From assembly GCA_964187785.1 (NCBI GenBank), contig OZ076411.1:54312001-54376000 (forward strand): a stretch of DNA of 64,000 bases, written 5' to 3'. The notes beneath the pieces were generated by a model that was not told where the DNA came from, did no database searches, and worked only from the letters and a program-made list of their open reading frames with translations. A program made the translations under genes and the position numbers. This document shows, in pieces, positions 33,093-46,000 of this stretch; positions within the stretch are counted from its first letter, which is position 1, and every line of letters starts with the position of its first letter. Source of the DNA: Amphiscolops sp. MND2022. Taxonomy: Eukaryota.

Positions 33093-35646
33093 CAACCCAA
33101 GTCGAAATGTATTTTTTAACAGTCGGAAAAGGCCCGTGTCTTGAAATGTGGTCAGTGGTAGTTGTTCGTAAGAATTCTGAAAACTCATTGTCGAAGAAGT
33201 TTTATAGAGGCGGTATACGCTCGTTAAGGTTTTTAAAGAAAATACCGAAGTAGACCTTGGTCAAATATTTACAATATCTGCGATTCATTTTCTGTCATTC
33301 ATCAATTTTAGTCTTTCGACCTCATATAGCTCCTGTAGCATGTCTTAAAATGACGTCGTTGTAGAATAAGACGTCATATTCAATGACGTCACATTACGTG
33401 AGATTACTCCAACTTCGTCTGTTGTTCTGAGTACGACACGTTGGCATACGATACGAAAATGGATTGTCGTTTCGTTACCTTTTCACCTTATTTCGTATTT
33501 CCTGTCTTTCAAATGAGGTTTTGTCTTTCTACCGAAAGCGCTCTATTTTTTCACGCATGAAATGGCACGAAGTTAAAAGTTATTCCAATTGCCATACAGC
33601 TATTCGGGGCATCTGATCAATTTGAAGAGCCGACCGAAGTTGCCATCTTGTCTTCCCGTATTTACTAATCCAATTTTTCATACCCTTAGTTACATGTTTT
33701 GCCTATCTACCGTTGTTTGAAAAGAACAGCGTCGTGACTTTTCAACGTGTTTTATTAAAACGCAAAAATAAGATGTTTAACTGTCTTTTTTCCTGTTTGA
33801 TCTCCACACGGTTTAATAATCCAGGAAGTAGACTTTTTGTACAATTCGTTTCTGTGCAGCTATCACCAACTCGTACATTTTATCTGCAGTCTCTTTTCTA
33901 TTCATTCATCAAGCATTCCGTAGGTGAAGCAATTACTGCTTGAAATTGTTTTGGTTTGAACGTTTTAGGCGATTGTCCAGCAGATTTACATAGACAAAAT
34001 TATATTTTTTTTCCAGCAGATTTACATAGACAAAATTATATTTTTTCCAGTCCCGTATTTGTGAGTTTCGTGGTTTTCCGACTTGGCACCCCAATTTTAG
34101 CTAACCTTTTTTAGATACGCGTTTGCTTTCTTCAATAAAAATCCGAAAGATTCTCGACTATTACTGGATTAAATTTTTTCTCGAATTTTTTTGGTGGTAT
34201 AACTTGAAAAGTCGATTTTAGTTTAAAGTACATTCTCTCGGAACTGAAATGAATACACGGGCAATTGCTTCACTTGTGGTGGAGCCAAACGCTGAGTATC
34301 CTCTACGCGTAGTTATGCTATTTTCAAAATTTTTGCTTAGTGGTTTTTCCGTAAAAACTCAAAAACCTTTCAAATTTTCTCATTTTCTAATTTTGCAAAC
34401 TGGGAACCTCCAAAGTCGGCGCTATATCTAAGGCTGAAACAGCGCGGTTTTCAAATATGCGTAGGACGTTTTCATGAGAAAAAGCATGTTTTTGAACCTC
34501 GTCATCCTTAGTATAACGCAATATAGTTCGGATATATCAACAAAAATTCGGACAAAGCGCTTTCCTCCGGATATTACGTCAAAATCTTGTATTGAAAATT
34601 TATTATTTTGAAAAATTATTCTGAAAAATCTCACAATGCCAAAAATTGCAAAAGAGACCCATTGGGCTGGATGAAAATCCAGTTTGTTGCAAAATATCAA
34701 AAAAATGAAGGGGGATCCTTTGGAATTTTTTTTAATTTTCGAAAAAAATGAGAATTTTGAAACTCATAGTGCCTAAATACTTAAAAGGGGAGACCCTTCA
34801 GGCTTTTTGGAACTTTTGTTTGCTGCAAAATGTCAAAACTTGAAGGGGGACCCTTTGAAGGCAAAAAAATCAAAAAAAGTCGCACAGTACCGAAGAAATT
34901 GAAAGATGGTACCCTTCAGTCTCGTCCGCTTTCGCAAATGATCGAAAAAGTCTATGGCTAAAGCAAGAACTCGAACCCGTGACTGCTGGGTTCACCGTGA
35001 ACCGAGTAAAGTCTGTACTAAAAAGTGGTGGATACACAATGAGGTCTGTGGTCTAACGAAAAAAAACTAGCCACTGTAATAGTCGGGCTCTTCTCACTAG
35101 AAAAGTGCCGACTAAAAACTAGCCACTGTAAAAAACTAGCCATGACCAAGATTTGACTTGTTTACTAATTGTTCTGACAATTTCAATTCATTTCAATTTT
35201 TGGACTGTTTTTAGTCGGCTCGTTTTCCTTTTAAGGAAAAATGCCCGACTAAAGTGACATTTTTCTTCAGACCACAGACCTCACACTGATCGGTCCACTT
35301 TTTAGAAAATTCCTGAAACCACCTAAGGCCAAGTCCGGTCAAGGCAAACTTAGTCCAAAGGGTCCCCCTTTCATTTTTTACTTTTTCAAGGAAACCTACG
35401 AAACCGGACGTGCCTAAAGGTCCCTTTTGGATTTTTTTCGGCACTGCGACTTTTTTCCGAAAATTTTTTAATGTCCCCAAAGGGCCCCCCTTCGAGTTTT
35501 TTGAAACAGATTTTGCAACAGATAAATCCAGAAGGGTCCCCCTTTTTGCACATGACGAAGTCAATGTGCATTGCAGTCCAGCTAAGTAAGTTTTTTTTCC
35601 ACTATAGTCAACTTCATAATGAGCGCCTTTTAGATAAAAGCCAAAA

Positions 35647-35712
35647 CCCCAGAGAGATTCGAACCTGCAGCCTCCCGATTGCACGGCATATGTGTTGACC
35701 ACTGTGCCATAG
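35647..35712 (-). other. tRNA-derived (SINE-like) segment embedded in a repeat; not a functional tRNA
   Basis: Pol III A box tggcacagtggtcaa and B box ggttcgaatc; the acceptor stem does not pair. Confidence 0.5.
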
Positions 35713-38638
35713 GGACGTTATTGAACAAAGTTGAACTGTTGAATATATACGCATGCGATTAAAATAATATATACGCATATTAAAATAATCGATGTCTTCG
35801 TCATGTGTTGCGAAGCACCGCTTCGCCTCTGTGTACATTTTTCGGCACTATGCGACATTTTTCGAAAGAAAAAAATTTCATAAATTTTCTGTTTTTTTCC
35901 AGAAAAACGTTTCGCGCTTTTTGAGCCTTAGATATAGCGCCGACTTTACACGTTCTCGTCTTGTTCATCTGTCTAGCGGTTATGGGGACACCTAAAAACA
36001 AGTTTCAAGTACTATTATGTCGACGGCACAAAAATTTTGGTCCAATGAAATAGCTGATGTCGACATAATCCTATCACTGTTAATTTGAGTCACTGTCAGA
36101 AGTTGTTCATTAGATTTTATAGTGAAAAAATTTGGCTTCGAGATAGGGGCGTCCCTGGCCAATTTCGGCTTGTTCCAGGCGTGAAATATTGCTTTTCGGA
36201 AAACGGGGTGATTTTTAGCTGGAAGTTGATATTATATTTGAATATTTGTGGCTGATATTGCCTTTTCTTATTTTGCATTTCATATCTGGTTCTAAAATCT
36301 AGAAATTGTATTCACTGTTGGTGCTTGAAATACATTTCCAGTCTTGATTTACAAACTTGTTTACCTTCACATCTTAGTATTCTTTTGGTGCCTAAAACAT
36401 TCTCCCGCAAAAAAGCCCGTATCCGTAACCAATGACCTTGAGTTATTTCGCAGCATATCGAGCAAACTAATTGTAATATCGAAACAGCAAGTCAAGCCTT
36501 TTTATTGGGCACGAAGTCTCACTGCTGACTTGTCATGATTTGGGTTGTGGAGCAATTGCTGAGTTGATCTGTATCGCAAACATTTTCCATGTTAACTCAG
36601 CAATTGAGCGTTTTCGTTCCTTCATAATACTATTGCAAGAAACTGAAAGCTGGCCTTCTCTTTAGAACGATCAAAAACGACTGAAAAGGAGCTTAATTTA
36701 TTATTCTTGTATTGGTATCAAATAACCTCATGTTTGCCAATATGAAAGAAAATGAGAAGCTTTTTTTCCTGTTGAAAGGTATAGCACATGTCGAAACCAC
36801 ATTTCAGTCTGATGATATTCTTACATTAAATGAGCTTGCAAAGGTGCCCCTGCCTTTGAAAATTTGGTGAACAGAAAAGTTCAACTGTTTTTGGTCGCCT
36901 CCTCAGTTTTAATTTTAGCTGATGCAACGTAGTGACTGCATCTCTGTCTTGCATGAACGCGTTTACCATGGCGTCATACAATCTCAGGCTTGAACAAGGT
37001 CGAAAACTCAAGTGTTATTTTCTGTGGTAATAAATATGATGTAATGTTATTTATAATTTTCATTGGTTTCAACACTACTGCTTCACCGTGAGTAGAAAAA
37101 TGAGCATCGTATATGTGAAACATATTTTGCAAATGATAGTATTTATACAGTTTTGTCGCGTGCCATTAAAATTGTGCACTGTGCATCCGTGTATCCATCG
37201 CAAATCATCGTGCTTCGCAGGGATGGCAGAAATTCACGGGGAAGAAAGTTAATTACACGCTGAAATTCACGGTAACTTAAAAAATACATTTTAAGCTATT
37301 AATTCTGAAAGTTTCTTATTTGAGTGTTACTCAAAACCGGATGGTTCCATTGTGTAAATATCTGAGTAAAAACTGGCCTAATTAAAATTGCAATGGAGTG
37401 AGATATTTACCGAAAAATCAACAAATTGCCTCAAATTTTGATCCTTGATGTGTCGGATTTATGTGAATCCAGTTTTTCACACAAATGCCACAATTTTACA
37501 CGCCGTGAATTTTTGCCATCCCCTGTGCTTCGTATCATCATGTAATGAAACAAGCCGGGACCGGCCCAAGTCGGCGCCATATCCAAGGCTCAAAAATAGC
37601 AAAAAGACTTCCAAGTGTCAAGTATTCGTTTACAGTTTTCGAAAATTTTTTTTTTGAAAAAATTACATACTAAAAAAATGGACCGAGTGGCGCGCCGGGG
37701 CTCGCTACCGCGAGCCCCTGGCGCGCTAACGTCTCACAATGCCGAAAAACTGAAAGGGGGGACCCTTTGAGGTTTTTCAACATCCATTCTGTCGCAAAAC
37801 AAGAAAATTTTTTTTTATTTTCGGGAGAAAATCTCACAATGCCGAAAAAAACTGAAAGGAGGAACCCTTTGGGATTTTCCAACATCCATTCTGTCGCAAA
37901 ACATCAAAAAAAATGCAGGGGGGACCCTTTGCGGAAAAAAAATTTCGAAAAAAAATCCGAAAAAAAATGTCTCGCAGTGCCGAAAAAAATTGAAAGGGGG
38001 GACTCTTTGGTCTCGCCCGGTATGATATGTTACGCGGAAAAACAGGTAAATTCATTTTGGTCCAGTTCGCTAGGCCAAATGGTGCTATTTGACACCATAA
38101 TATTTTGTAGAACTTTTTAGAACTATTTTGGTCAGTTCGTGTGGATAGAAAAAAAAAGAGTCACTATAATAGTCGCGTTTCACTTCATGAAGCGCCGACT
38201 AAAAAATATATATAAAGTCATCGTTTAAGAAATTAGTCTTTTTGATCACCCTCAGCTACATTTGCTTCATTTTTTTTCACAATAGTTGGTTGCAGTTAGC
38301 CTTTCCGCAGTTTTTTCTCAGCAATCTTGGAATCAAATGAATATTTTGGCCAGTTGATACTGGATAGATGAACCGTGTATCCTCAAAATTCGCGTAGATT
38401 TTCGTTTATCGGTCGCATATCGTGCACAATTCACCAATTGATTGATATACACCAGCGAATAAGATCCTTTGAAATGTTATATGGGATTCTTCAAATCTAA
38501 ATTCCTATATGGAATTTAGTTTTATAGCGAATCCTTCTGCATTATAGACATATATTTTAAACAGTTTCATGTAATATTGTTACTTTTTCAGAGAACTTTG
38601 TTTAAAAACTACCGGAAAGCTACAAATACGAATACAAC

Positions 38639-41600
38639 ATGGAATTCTTTTCGGGAAGGCGCCACAGCTTCAAACTGGAGAAATGTTTTGACTTCACACA
38701 GCTGTGAGTATTCATTCGTCTTCTGAAAACATGTCTCTCTCATGGCGGAAATGAGCTTAGGGTGTTTTTACAGTTCGAAAGGAGCTAAAGTTCATCTGAA
38801 GAATGTGTACGCTTGCATGACAATGACTATCGCAGCGTGTGCTTTTGGGGCTGCCATGTACCTTTATGTGATGAAGGTAAGAACAATTTTGTGAACTCTT
38901 TTTATTACAATTCATTATTTTATAATTTTTAGCGTCAAAATAAAAACATCATTTTCTCCGAAGTCAAAATCTCTCACCAAAGTCTTCGAGGCTAAAATCT
39001 GAAATAGTTGAATTGAAAACTACCGGACTTATGACAAGGTTTTTCTTATTTTCTGGGCACTTTGCCTTCACTCTAGGTCGGCCTTCGTGAAATCCAGCCA
39101 CTATACAAACAACCACACGTTGCCCTGCTTCGCTCCTTCATTTGAGACTCTACATTTTTAACGTGGCAAATCACGTTTGTTTTTGTAGGTTTTTAATTGA
39201 GAGATTTGATTGACCTGACACCACTCATTGTAATAAATCGCATGGTACCTAATATTTCGGCGATGTTTTAAATTCAAACTTTGTTGATGAAGTTGTTTCG
39301 AAATGTAAAGATGAAAATGTAACAACATTTAGATGATGAGTTTTCTGCCACTGATTGGGTCTATTGGATCCATCTTCTACCTGAGTGCAACTTCTTCGCC
39401 TCACATGGACATGAAGCGACTGGGCTGTTTGGGATTCTTCGGCGTGTGCAATGGTTAGACCCGTCAAGTATATTGATGCGAAAATTAAAATTACACCACC
39501 AAAGCATGTGGAAATACTTCTCTGTGTACCTTCTGTAGGTTATGAAAATAAACAGATGTTGCCCGTTGAAATTTCATTGAAACTTGTACGCGCAAAGTTT
39601 CTGAAAATATGCTCAAAGTGTTTTTGAGTAAAATCTATCAATCATTGGAGTACCAAACAAGTGGCAGTTAGATGGTACTAAGCTGACAGAAATGCGTCAG
39701 TTCGCAATTTACTTCGGATATAATGTCAATATTTGGATATAGCGTGCTGGGCCTCCCCTTAGTGAAACGCTGTTTACCGAGGATATAGCGTTCTGAGCCA
39801 CGGCGGCCACAGGAGTATTTGGCGGAGATTGTACAAAGGGTGGACCATTTATGTGAGAAGAAAAAAACTTGCCACTGTATTAGTCGTGCCATTTTCTGCT
39901 AACTTTTCATTTCTACTTTGTTACTGCAATGAATTACGCTTCCGCTGACTCAACCCTTCCTGACTTGCTTGCTAACTCTAACCCTTTTCCGATGATTCAA
40001 TTAATATGAGCAGTTTTTCAGGCATGAGCATCGGCCCCCTGCTGGACATGGTGATCAAAATCAACCCGGCCATCGTGTTGTCTGCTCTGGTTTACACCAC
40101 CTTCATTTTCTTCTCCCTCACCCTGGTGGCTCTGTACAGCCAGAAACGCTCGCTGCTCTTCCTGGGCGGCTTCCTGTTCGCCGGCCTCAACATCATGTTC
40201 TGGAGCAACCTGCTCAGCTACATGTTCGGCTTCAGACTGCTCATGGGCGCCGAGCTCTACCTCGGACTGGCTCTCTTCTGCGGATTCATTCTGTTCGACA
40301 CCCAGATGATCGTCTACCGCTATGAGGACATTGGCGAGCGAGACTTCATCTGGTGCGGATCTTTGAGTCTTTCTTGCTGTTATCTCCATTTCGCTATTTA
40401 AAAGATAGAGAAACAGCTGCTCTTTCAAGGTTTTTGAAAGTGGAAATACTTTTAGATGGATGGATTTGTTGAGCGAACACAAAAAGCTTCAGCTGCTATT
40501 AATTGACTATGTATTTGGTTATTCGTCACGTTGTCACAGATCAGTTGGATTGCGCTTTAAATATGTTGAATTATTCAGATATATTTTGATGGTTCCAGTG
40601 GATGGTGAAACCTTTTTTTTTGATTTAGTCAATGATTGTTGAAGTTCTTTCTTGACGGAATGGGTGGTGGTATTGTTTCAGGCACTCCGTGGACCTGTTC
40701 ATGGACTTCTTGAATGTTTTCATTCGTCTGCTCATCCTTCTCTCCAAGAAAGAGGTGTGTATCATTAAATTAAGGTTAATCTGGCTCCGGATTTTGACCA
40801 TCTATCACTGATTCACATTGACCTTGAAAATGACCTCCCATGAAAAAGATTAGCAGTTTTGCCATTGCTAAAACTTCGAAGGCATGTTTGAATGAAACTG
40901 TGCGTTCAGTTAGCAGTACAGCGAATATGACCCATTTAAGTTCAGGAGTAAGTTCAGCAGGGTTGTCATGTTTTAATGTTTTAAAACAGCATCGTAAAAA
41001 ATTTCAAAACATGCGAAAAAACAGGGTAATTGTTTTTTTATATCATAAACTGTCAAATTAAATAACACATTTTCATGACTAAACTTACATAAGAGAATAA
41101 GAAATAAGCTTACATCTTGGTGTTCAAAACGCCGGCAAACTGGCGTTTCTTCATAGGCAGTTGAATCTTTAATTTATAACTTTAAGAAATTAAAGTTTTA
41201 ACTCTTAAAATTTCGTTATTTTCATTTAGATTTTGGTCAAAAAATAAGCAAAAAAACGCTTTTCATGCCAACCCAGAACTTCAATTGTGATCACTGTCTT
41301 TTCAATTGGTTTGCGAAATTTCAATTCCGATGATAGGGCGCATTCAGTATCCCCAAATCCAACAAAATATCATCTGTGTTCGCTATAAATTGAAATTATG
41401 TATTTTTAGGAGTCGGAAAAAATTTTCGACTACTTATGCAATCGTGCTGTTTTTTTTGTTTTTTTTCTCCCGACCTTTTCATGAAAATTTCAAATTTCTC
41501 AAAAACTGTCCATACGATTTTCACGAAATTTTGCACAGTCATTCTACACCCAAAGGGGCCCCTGCGTGTGCAAATACATCAAAATCGTATGGCTGGGATG

Positions 41601-43096
41601 TGAGAAACATAGCCAAAATTAGCCCAAAAATGGCCAAAAAACAGCCATTTTTCGAGTTTTTTTCGATTTTCTCAAAAACTGTCCATACGATTCGAACGAA
41701 ATTTTCTACAGTTATTCTACACCATATTAGAGTCCTATATGTGCAATGGCATCAAAATCGTATGGCTGGGATGTGAGAAACATAGCCAAAATTAGCCCAA
41801 AAATGGCCAAAAAACAGCCATTTTTCGACTTTTTTCGATTTTCTCAAAAACTGTCCATACGATTCGAACGAAATTTTCTACAGTTATTCTACAGCATATT
41901 AGAGTCCTATATGTGCAATGGCATCCAAATCGTATGGCTGGGATGTGAGAAACATAGCCAAAATTAGCCCAAAAATGGCCAAAAAACAGCCATTTTTCGA
42001 CTTTTTTCGATTTTCTCAAAAACTGTCCATACGATTCGAACGAAATTTTCTACAGTTATTCTACACCATATTAGAGTCCTATATGTGCAATGGCATCAAA
42101 ATCGTATGGCTGGGATGTGAGAAACATAGCCAAAATTAGCCCAAAAATGGCCAAAAAAAGTCATTTTTCGATTTTTTTCGATTTTCTCAAAAACTGTCCA
42201 TACTATTCGAACGAAATTTTCTACAGTCATTCTACACCATATTATGGTCCTTTATGTGCCATTTCATTAAATTCGTATGGCTGGGATGTGAGAAACATAG
42301 CCAAATTTAGCCCAAAAATGGCCAAAAAAACAGTCATTTTTCGATTTTCTTACAAACTGTTCATACGATTCGAACGAAAGCGAGTCAGAAGGAAAAAGAC
42401 TTAAGCCGACTCCTTTACCGCATATGCGGCTCTGGTTTTATTCGTTTTCAATTCTAGTTAGCTGAACCGAGCTCGCAAAAGGATTTCTTCAACGAAGTCA
42501 AATCATTTTCTAACGATGGAAATTCCCAAATAATTTAACGTTGAAAACTCCACGATTTCTGAATTAGCTAACTATAATTAGGCCGTTAAAAGAAGGCGAA
42601 TGCTTTTTTTGTCATTATCACTGTTGGATAACGTTAGTGAATAGAGACTGAACGTACATGTATTCGCTATGAATTAAAGTTACACAATTTTTTTCATTCG
42701 TTTTTAGTTTTCGTTAGCTTTGCCGAGAAGATTCCGAAATTTCGTTCACACTTTCAACAAACACTTCAGCTACACGAATTCGTGAATTTTGATCGTTTCC
42801 TAACATCGTTTCCAGGATATTCGCAACACACACAATTTAGTTTAACGATGAAATTCAACTCTCGGATTTTGGAGATAGCTAACGATAATTCTGTCGTCAC
42901 AAGAAAGCGAATGCGTTTTTCCAACGTTACAGAAAGTTAGATAACGTTAGTGAATAGCAAATGCACCCAGAGTGAAATAAAGTGGATGATGACGTTCATG
43001 TTTTTGTTTTATGTTCTTTTTTGATGAGCCATGCGCAATATTTTAACTTTGTGTTTTATTTAACAGGAGAAAAAAGGAAACAACAAACGCAGATGA
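38639..43096 (+). CDS. TMBIM6: Bax inhibitor 1; exons 38639-38703, 38774-38876, 39333-39453, 40022-40352, 40682-40754, 43067-43096
   Basis: HLKNVYACM, KRLGCLGFFG, GPLLDMVIKINPAIV, RSLLFLGG, GFILFDTQMI, DFIWHSVDLFMDF, basic C-terminus. All introns are GT-AG with consistent phases. Confidence 0.93.
41408..42430 (+). repeat. ~172-bp tandem repeat (~5 units) inside a HINE-like element in TMBIM6 intron 5
   Basis: ctcaaaaactgtccatacga recurs at 41498, 41671, 41843, 42015 and 42186. Flanked by aggagtcgg / ccgactcct and the palindrome ccgcatatgcgg. Confidence 0.9.
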
Positions 43097-46000
43097 GCTG
43101 CTAATGCGAAAGGATTGGTGCAGGAAAACTAGCAGAGATTGCTAAAAGAATCTGGAAAACAATTCCAAGAAACTAAGGAAACTAAAATATCCCTAAATTT
43201 AAATAGAAATATTATAAAAGTTACTAGTAGTTGCTTTGATCAATACACTTATTTAGATTGCATTTATTGTGCCTACTACCCTCTGATTGGCTGATATGAA
43301 CTCTGACCTACCTGTTCCCTCTTCGTACCTATTACAGTTGACCTTGAGGTCATCAAATTCAGTGACCTATTCTTTAGTGTCTTGTGGGTCTTAACTTGCA
43401 AACAGTCGATACACTGTTTGATTGACATTCATAATCCGTGCACTCTCGGATATACTTATAGTCCATCTAATGTAATCCCTTGAGGATGATAATTTAAAAC
43501 TAACCGTTTCCCTTTTTTATTTTTAATTCAGTCGTCTTGCACTTAACGACTCGAGAGTGTCGTCTTTTGTAGAGGGAGTTCAATAATGTGTCGATATTTC
43601 GGTAAAACGCTACTTCGAAGTGCAGACAAGGTTTTGCATATTTCTATTGGCTCATTTGTAGTGGAGCAGTGTTTGATGTAAATTAGACTTTGGCGTCATT
43701 GCTTGAATGGCTTGTCTCTGCAAATATGTTGTAATTCGGTAGTAATGCTTGACAGTTGGTACTAATACGTGATTTTACTATCCACCCAAGCAATCAATTG
43801 CTGCTCTATAAAGGTCCAGTATGCTTCATGAATGTCCTGTTGCTCTCGTTTGTAGATTGGCGCAGAGGGATGTCAATTTACAATTGTATGTAGATACAAT
43901 TTTTCAAAAACAATAAATTGTTTTGTAGAAATATAAAATAGAGTTCAAAAAATAGTTGCAAAACAGAAAAAAAATGATCGTTTCAAATAGGAAACAGCGA
44001 ATGAACCCACGTGTTACGTCATACTTAAAGTAAATTTAACAGTCGTGACTGTTGTCGCTAGATTGATGCACAGAAGCTAGCTAATTTTACTATTTCGGAT
44101 GTATGGACGGTCTTCTTGGAAGTTTAAATTTGCTTAAGTTATAATTCTTGCTTCGGATTGTTCTCGTTTGTAAAAGACAATTTCATTTAATATATTAAAG
44201 TCGACAAAGATTTGGACCTACTAGCATTTAGAGAAGTTGTAGCGATTTTGTCAGTGATCGAGGACAATAATAAAACTGCAATTCTTCCAGTCTCGGAGGT
44301 TGCAAAGGGATTAGACAAGTGGCGACAGGTTAGTGAAATAAACTGGAACAGGCCCCAGAGGGTTTAAATTTGAGTTAAATTCGAGAGAAGTTTGGGCGAA
44401 ACTAGATTGAAGTGACGTCGTAGATACTTGCACTTTTATTCAAACAAAAATGATACTGAGGTCAGATAACTGCTGCTTTATATGAATCGCTTCAGAGAAT
44501 TAGAATGTGTACTGCTCACAAGGAAACAATGCTGCGATTAAGGGATACTGGGTTTGGGGCTTGTTAAAATAAGAGTCAAATTTCTCTTATTGTTTATACT
44601 GTTGTTTTTATCTGTTTTCGCCAGACTGGCTGGCATCTATTCCCTTCGCTCACTTGTACGCTATATTAGCCCCTGTCCCTATAACTTGTCATCGCTTTCA
44701 TGGGGACCGATAAAGAGGGCTATTAGCTGATGGTATTCCGTCGAACCTTGGTGTAGACGTGAGGTTAGGCTTGCGGGAGGGGTACATTCAGTGCAGGTGA
44801 TGTCGTTGTCTAGAAAAAGTGGATGACTCACGGAAGGCCACAGTGAGTGTAGGCTCGAGGAATTGGTGGGTTGCAGAGAACCCTACTGAGGCAAGTAATT
44901 AGGGGAATTAGGCGTGCTTCGTCCTCAACCTGCGGGTCGTCATGGGTAGTTGAAGTCTTGTCTTTTCCAGGTGTATGAAGCGAACTATTGTTTTTGCATG
45001 AAGGGCAACAGTATCGTCAAAGGCCACAGAGGGGCAGCAGAGGAAATGATGGAAAGTATCAGCAGGTGTGCCAGTGGAAGAGAAGTCGGTTGAAGGGACA
45101 GCAAGTGACTTTTGATGAGGGACAAGAGGGCACAATTACTGCTAGCGTCGGTTCTTGCGAGTTTAGTCCGCATGTCAGATGTTTCATTTAGTTTGGTCAG
45201 GGAGTCGGCAATGAATTTAATTTGTTGTGCGTAGAATATAAATCTTGACGTGAAGCACTCCAATCCTCATTGCGCTTGATTAGGGCCTCGTTTTCTGTTT
45301 CACGCTCCTGTAGTTGAGAATTGGCTACCATAAAGCCGTCGTACAATTTGGCGCTTTTAGCCCGTGCGTCATTGACTACAGGAATCATATGATAGCATTT
45401 GCATACTGAGCATCTTCAAAAGATGAAGAGTAATAGCGGCGCAACGCAACGAATACGTGCGGTTGCGTCACGATAGGTTAAGAATAAACTAATTGTGACC
45501 GTTGAATCATGTTCGTGGTCATCGCACAATGTGAAGAGTGCTTGTCAAGGAACGCGGATACACCTTCTGAAGGATCAAATAAGTGAAAAAGTATTAGAAT
45601 TGAACGCGGAAACGCGTTCTAGAGCATTTAATGAAGTGAAGAATTGTAAATTTGAATTTATTGCCATGATATTATTTTGACATCCCGGTTGATCCACATT
45701 TATGAAATTGTTAGTCAATATTTAGTTACTTGATTGATTTCAGTTGAAGATATGGAGCAGTTTTTTTGAAATTCAAAAAGACTACGATCCAAATATTACA
45801 AGAACTTTCAAAAATTATAATACTGTAAATTCAATTCATCACATTAAACATAAAGGTCCCCTTCGTCTCCAGTACAATTTGACTCCCTTCAGTTAGTGAC
45901 AAAACTTCTTGCATACTCAAAATCTATATTGGGTTCTAAATTAACGCAATTCCGTTGCACAAAATGGCAGAAGTCAAGTAAAAAAATCTCGAAAACACAA

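Noticed and set aside
33350-33410. Cluster of TGACGTCA/ACGT motifs as a promoter
   Set aside because: No supported gene start nearby; short motifs alone are insufficient.
33790-33910. Coproporphyrinogen oxidase-like peptide KETADKMYELVIAAQKRIVQK (minus strand)
   Set aside because: Similarity is weak, and no consistent following exons could be built.
41490-42380. CRISPR-like regular repeat
   Set aside because: The units are contiguous 172-bp monomers with no unique spacers, there are no cas genes, and it lies in a eukaryotic intron.
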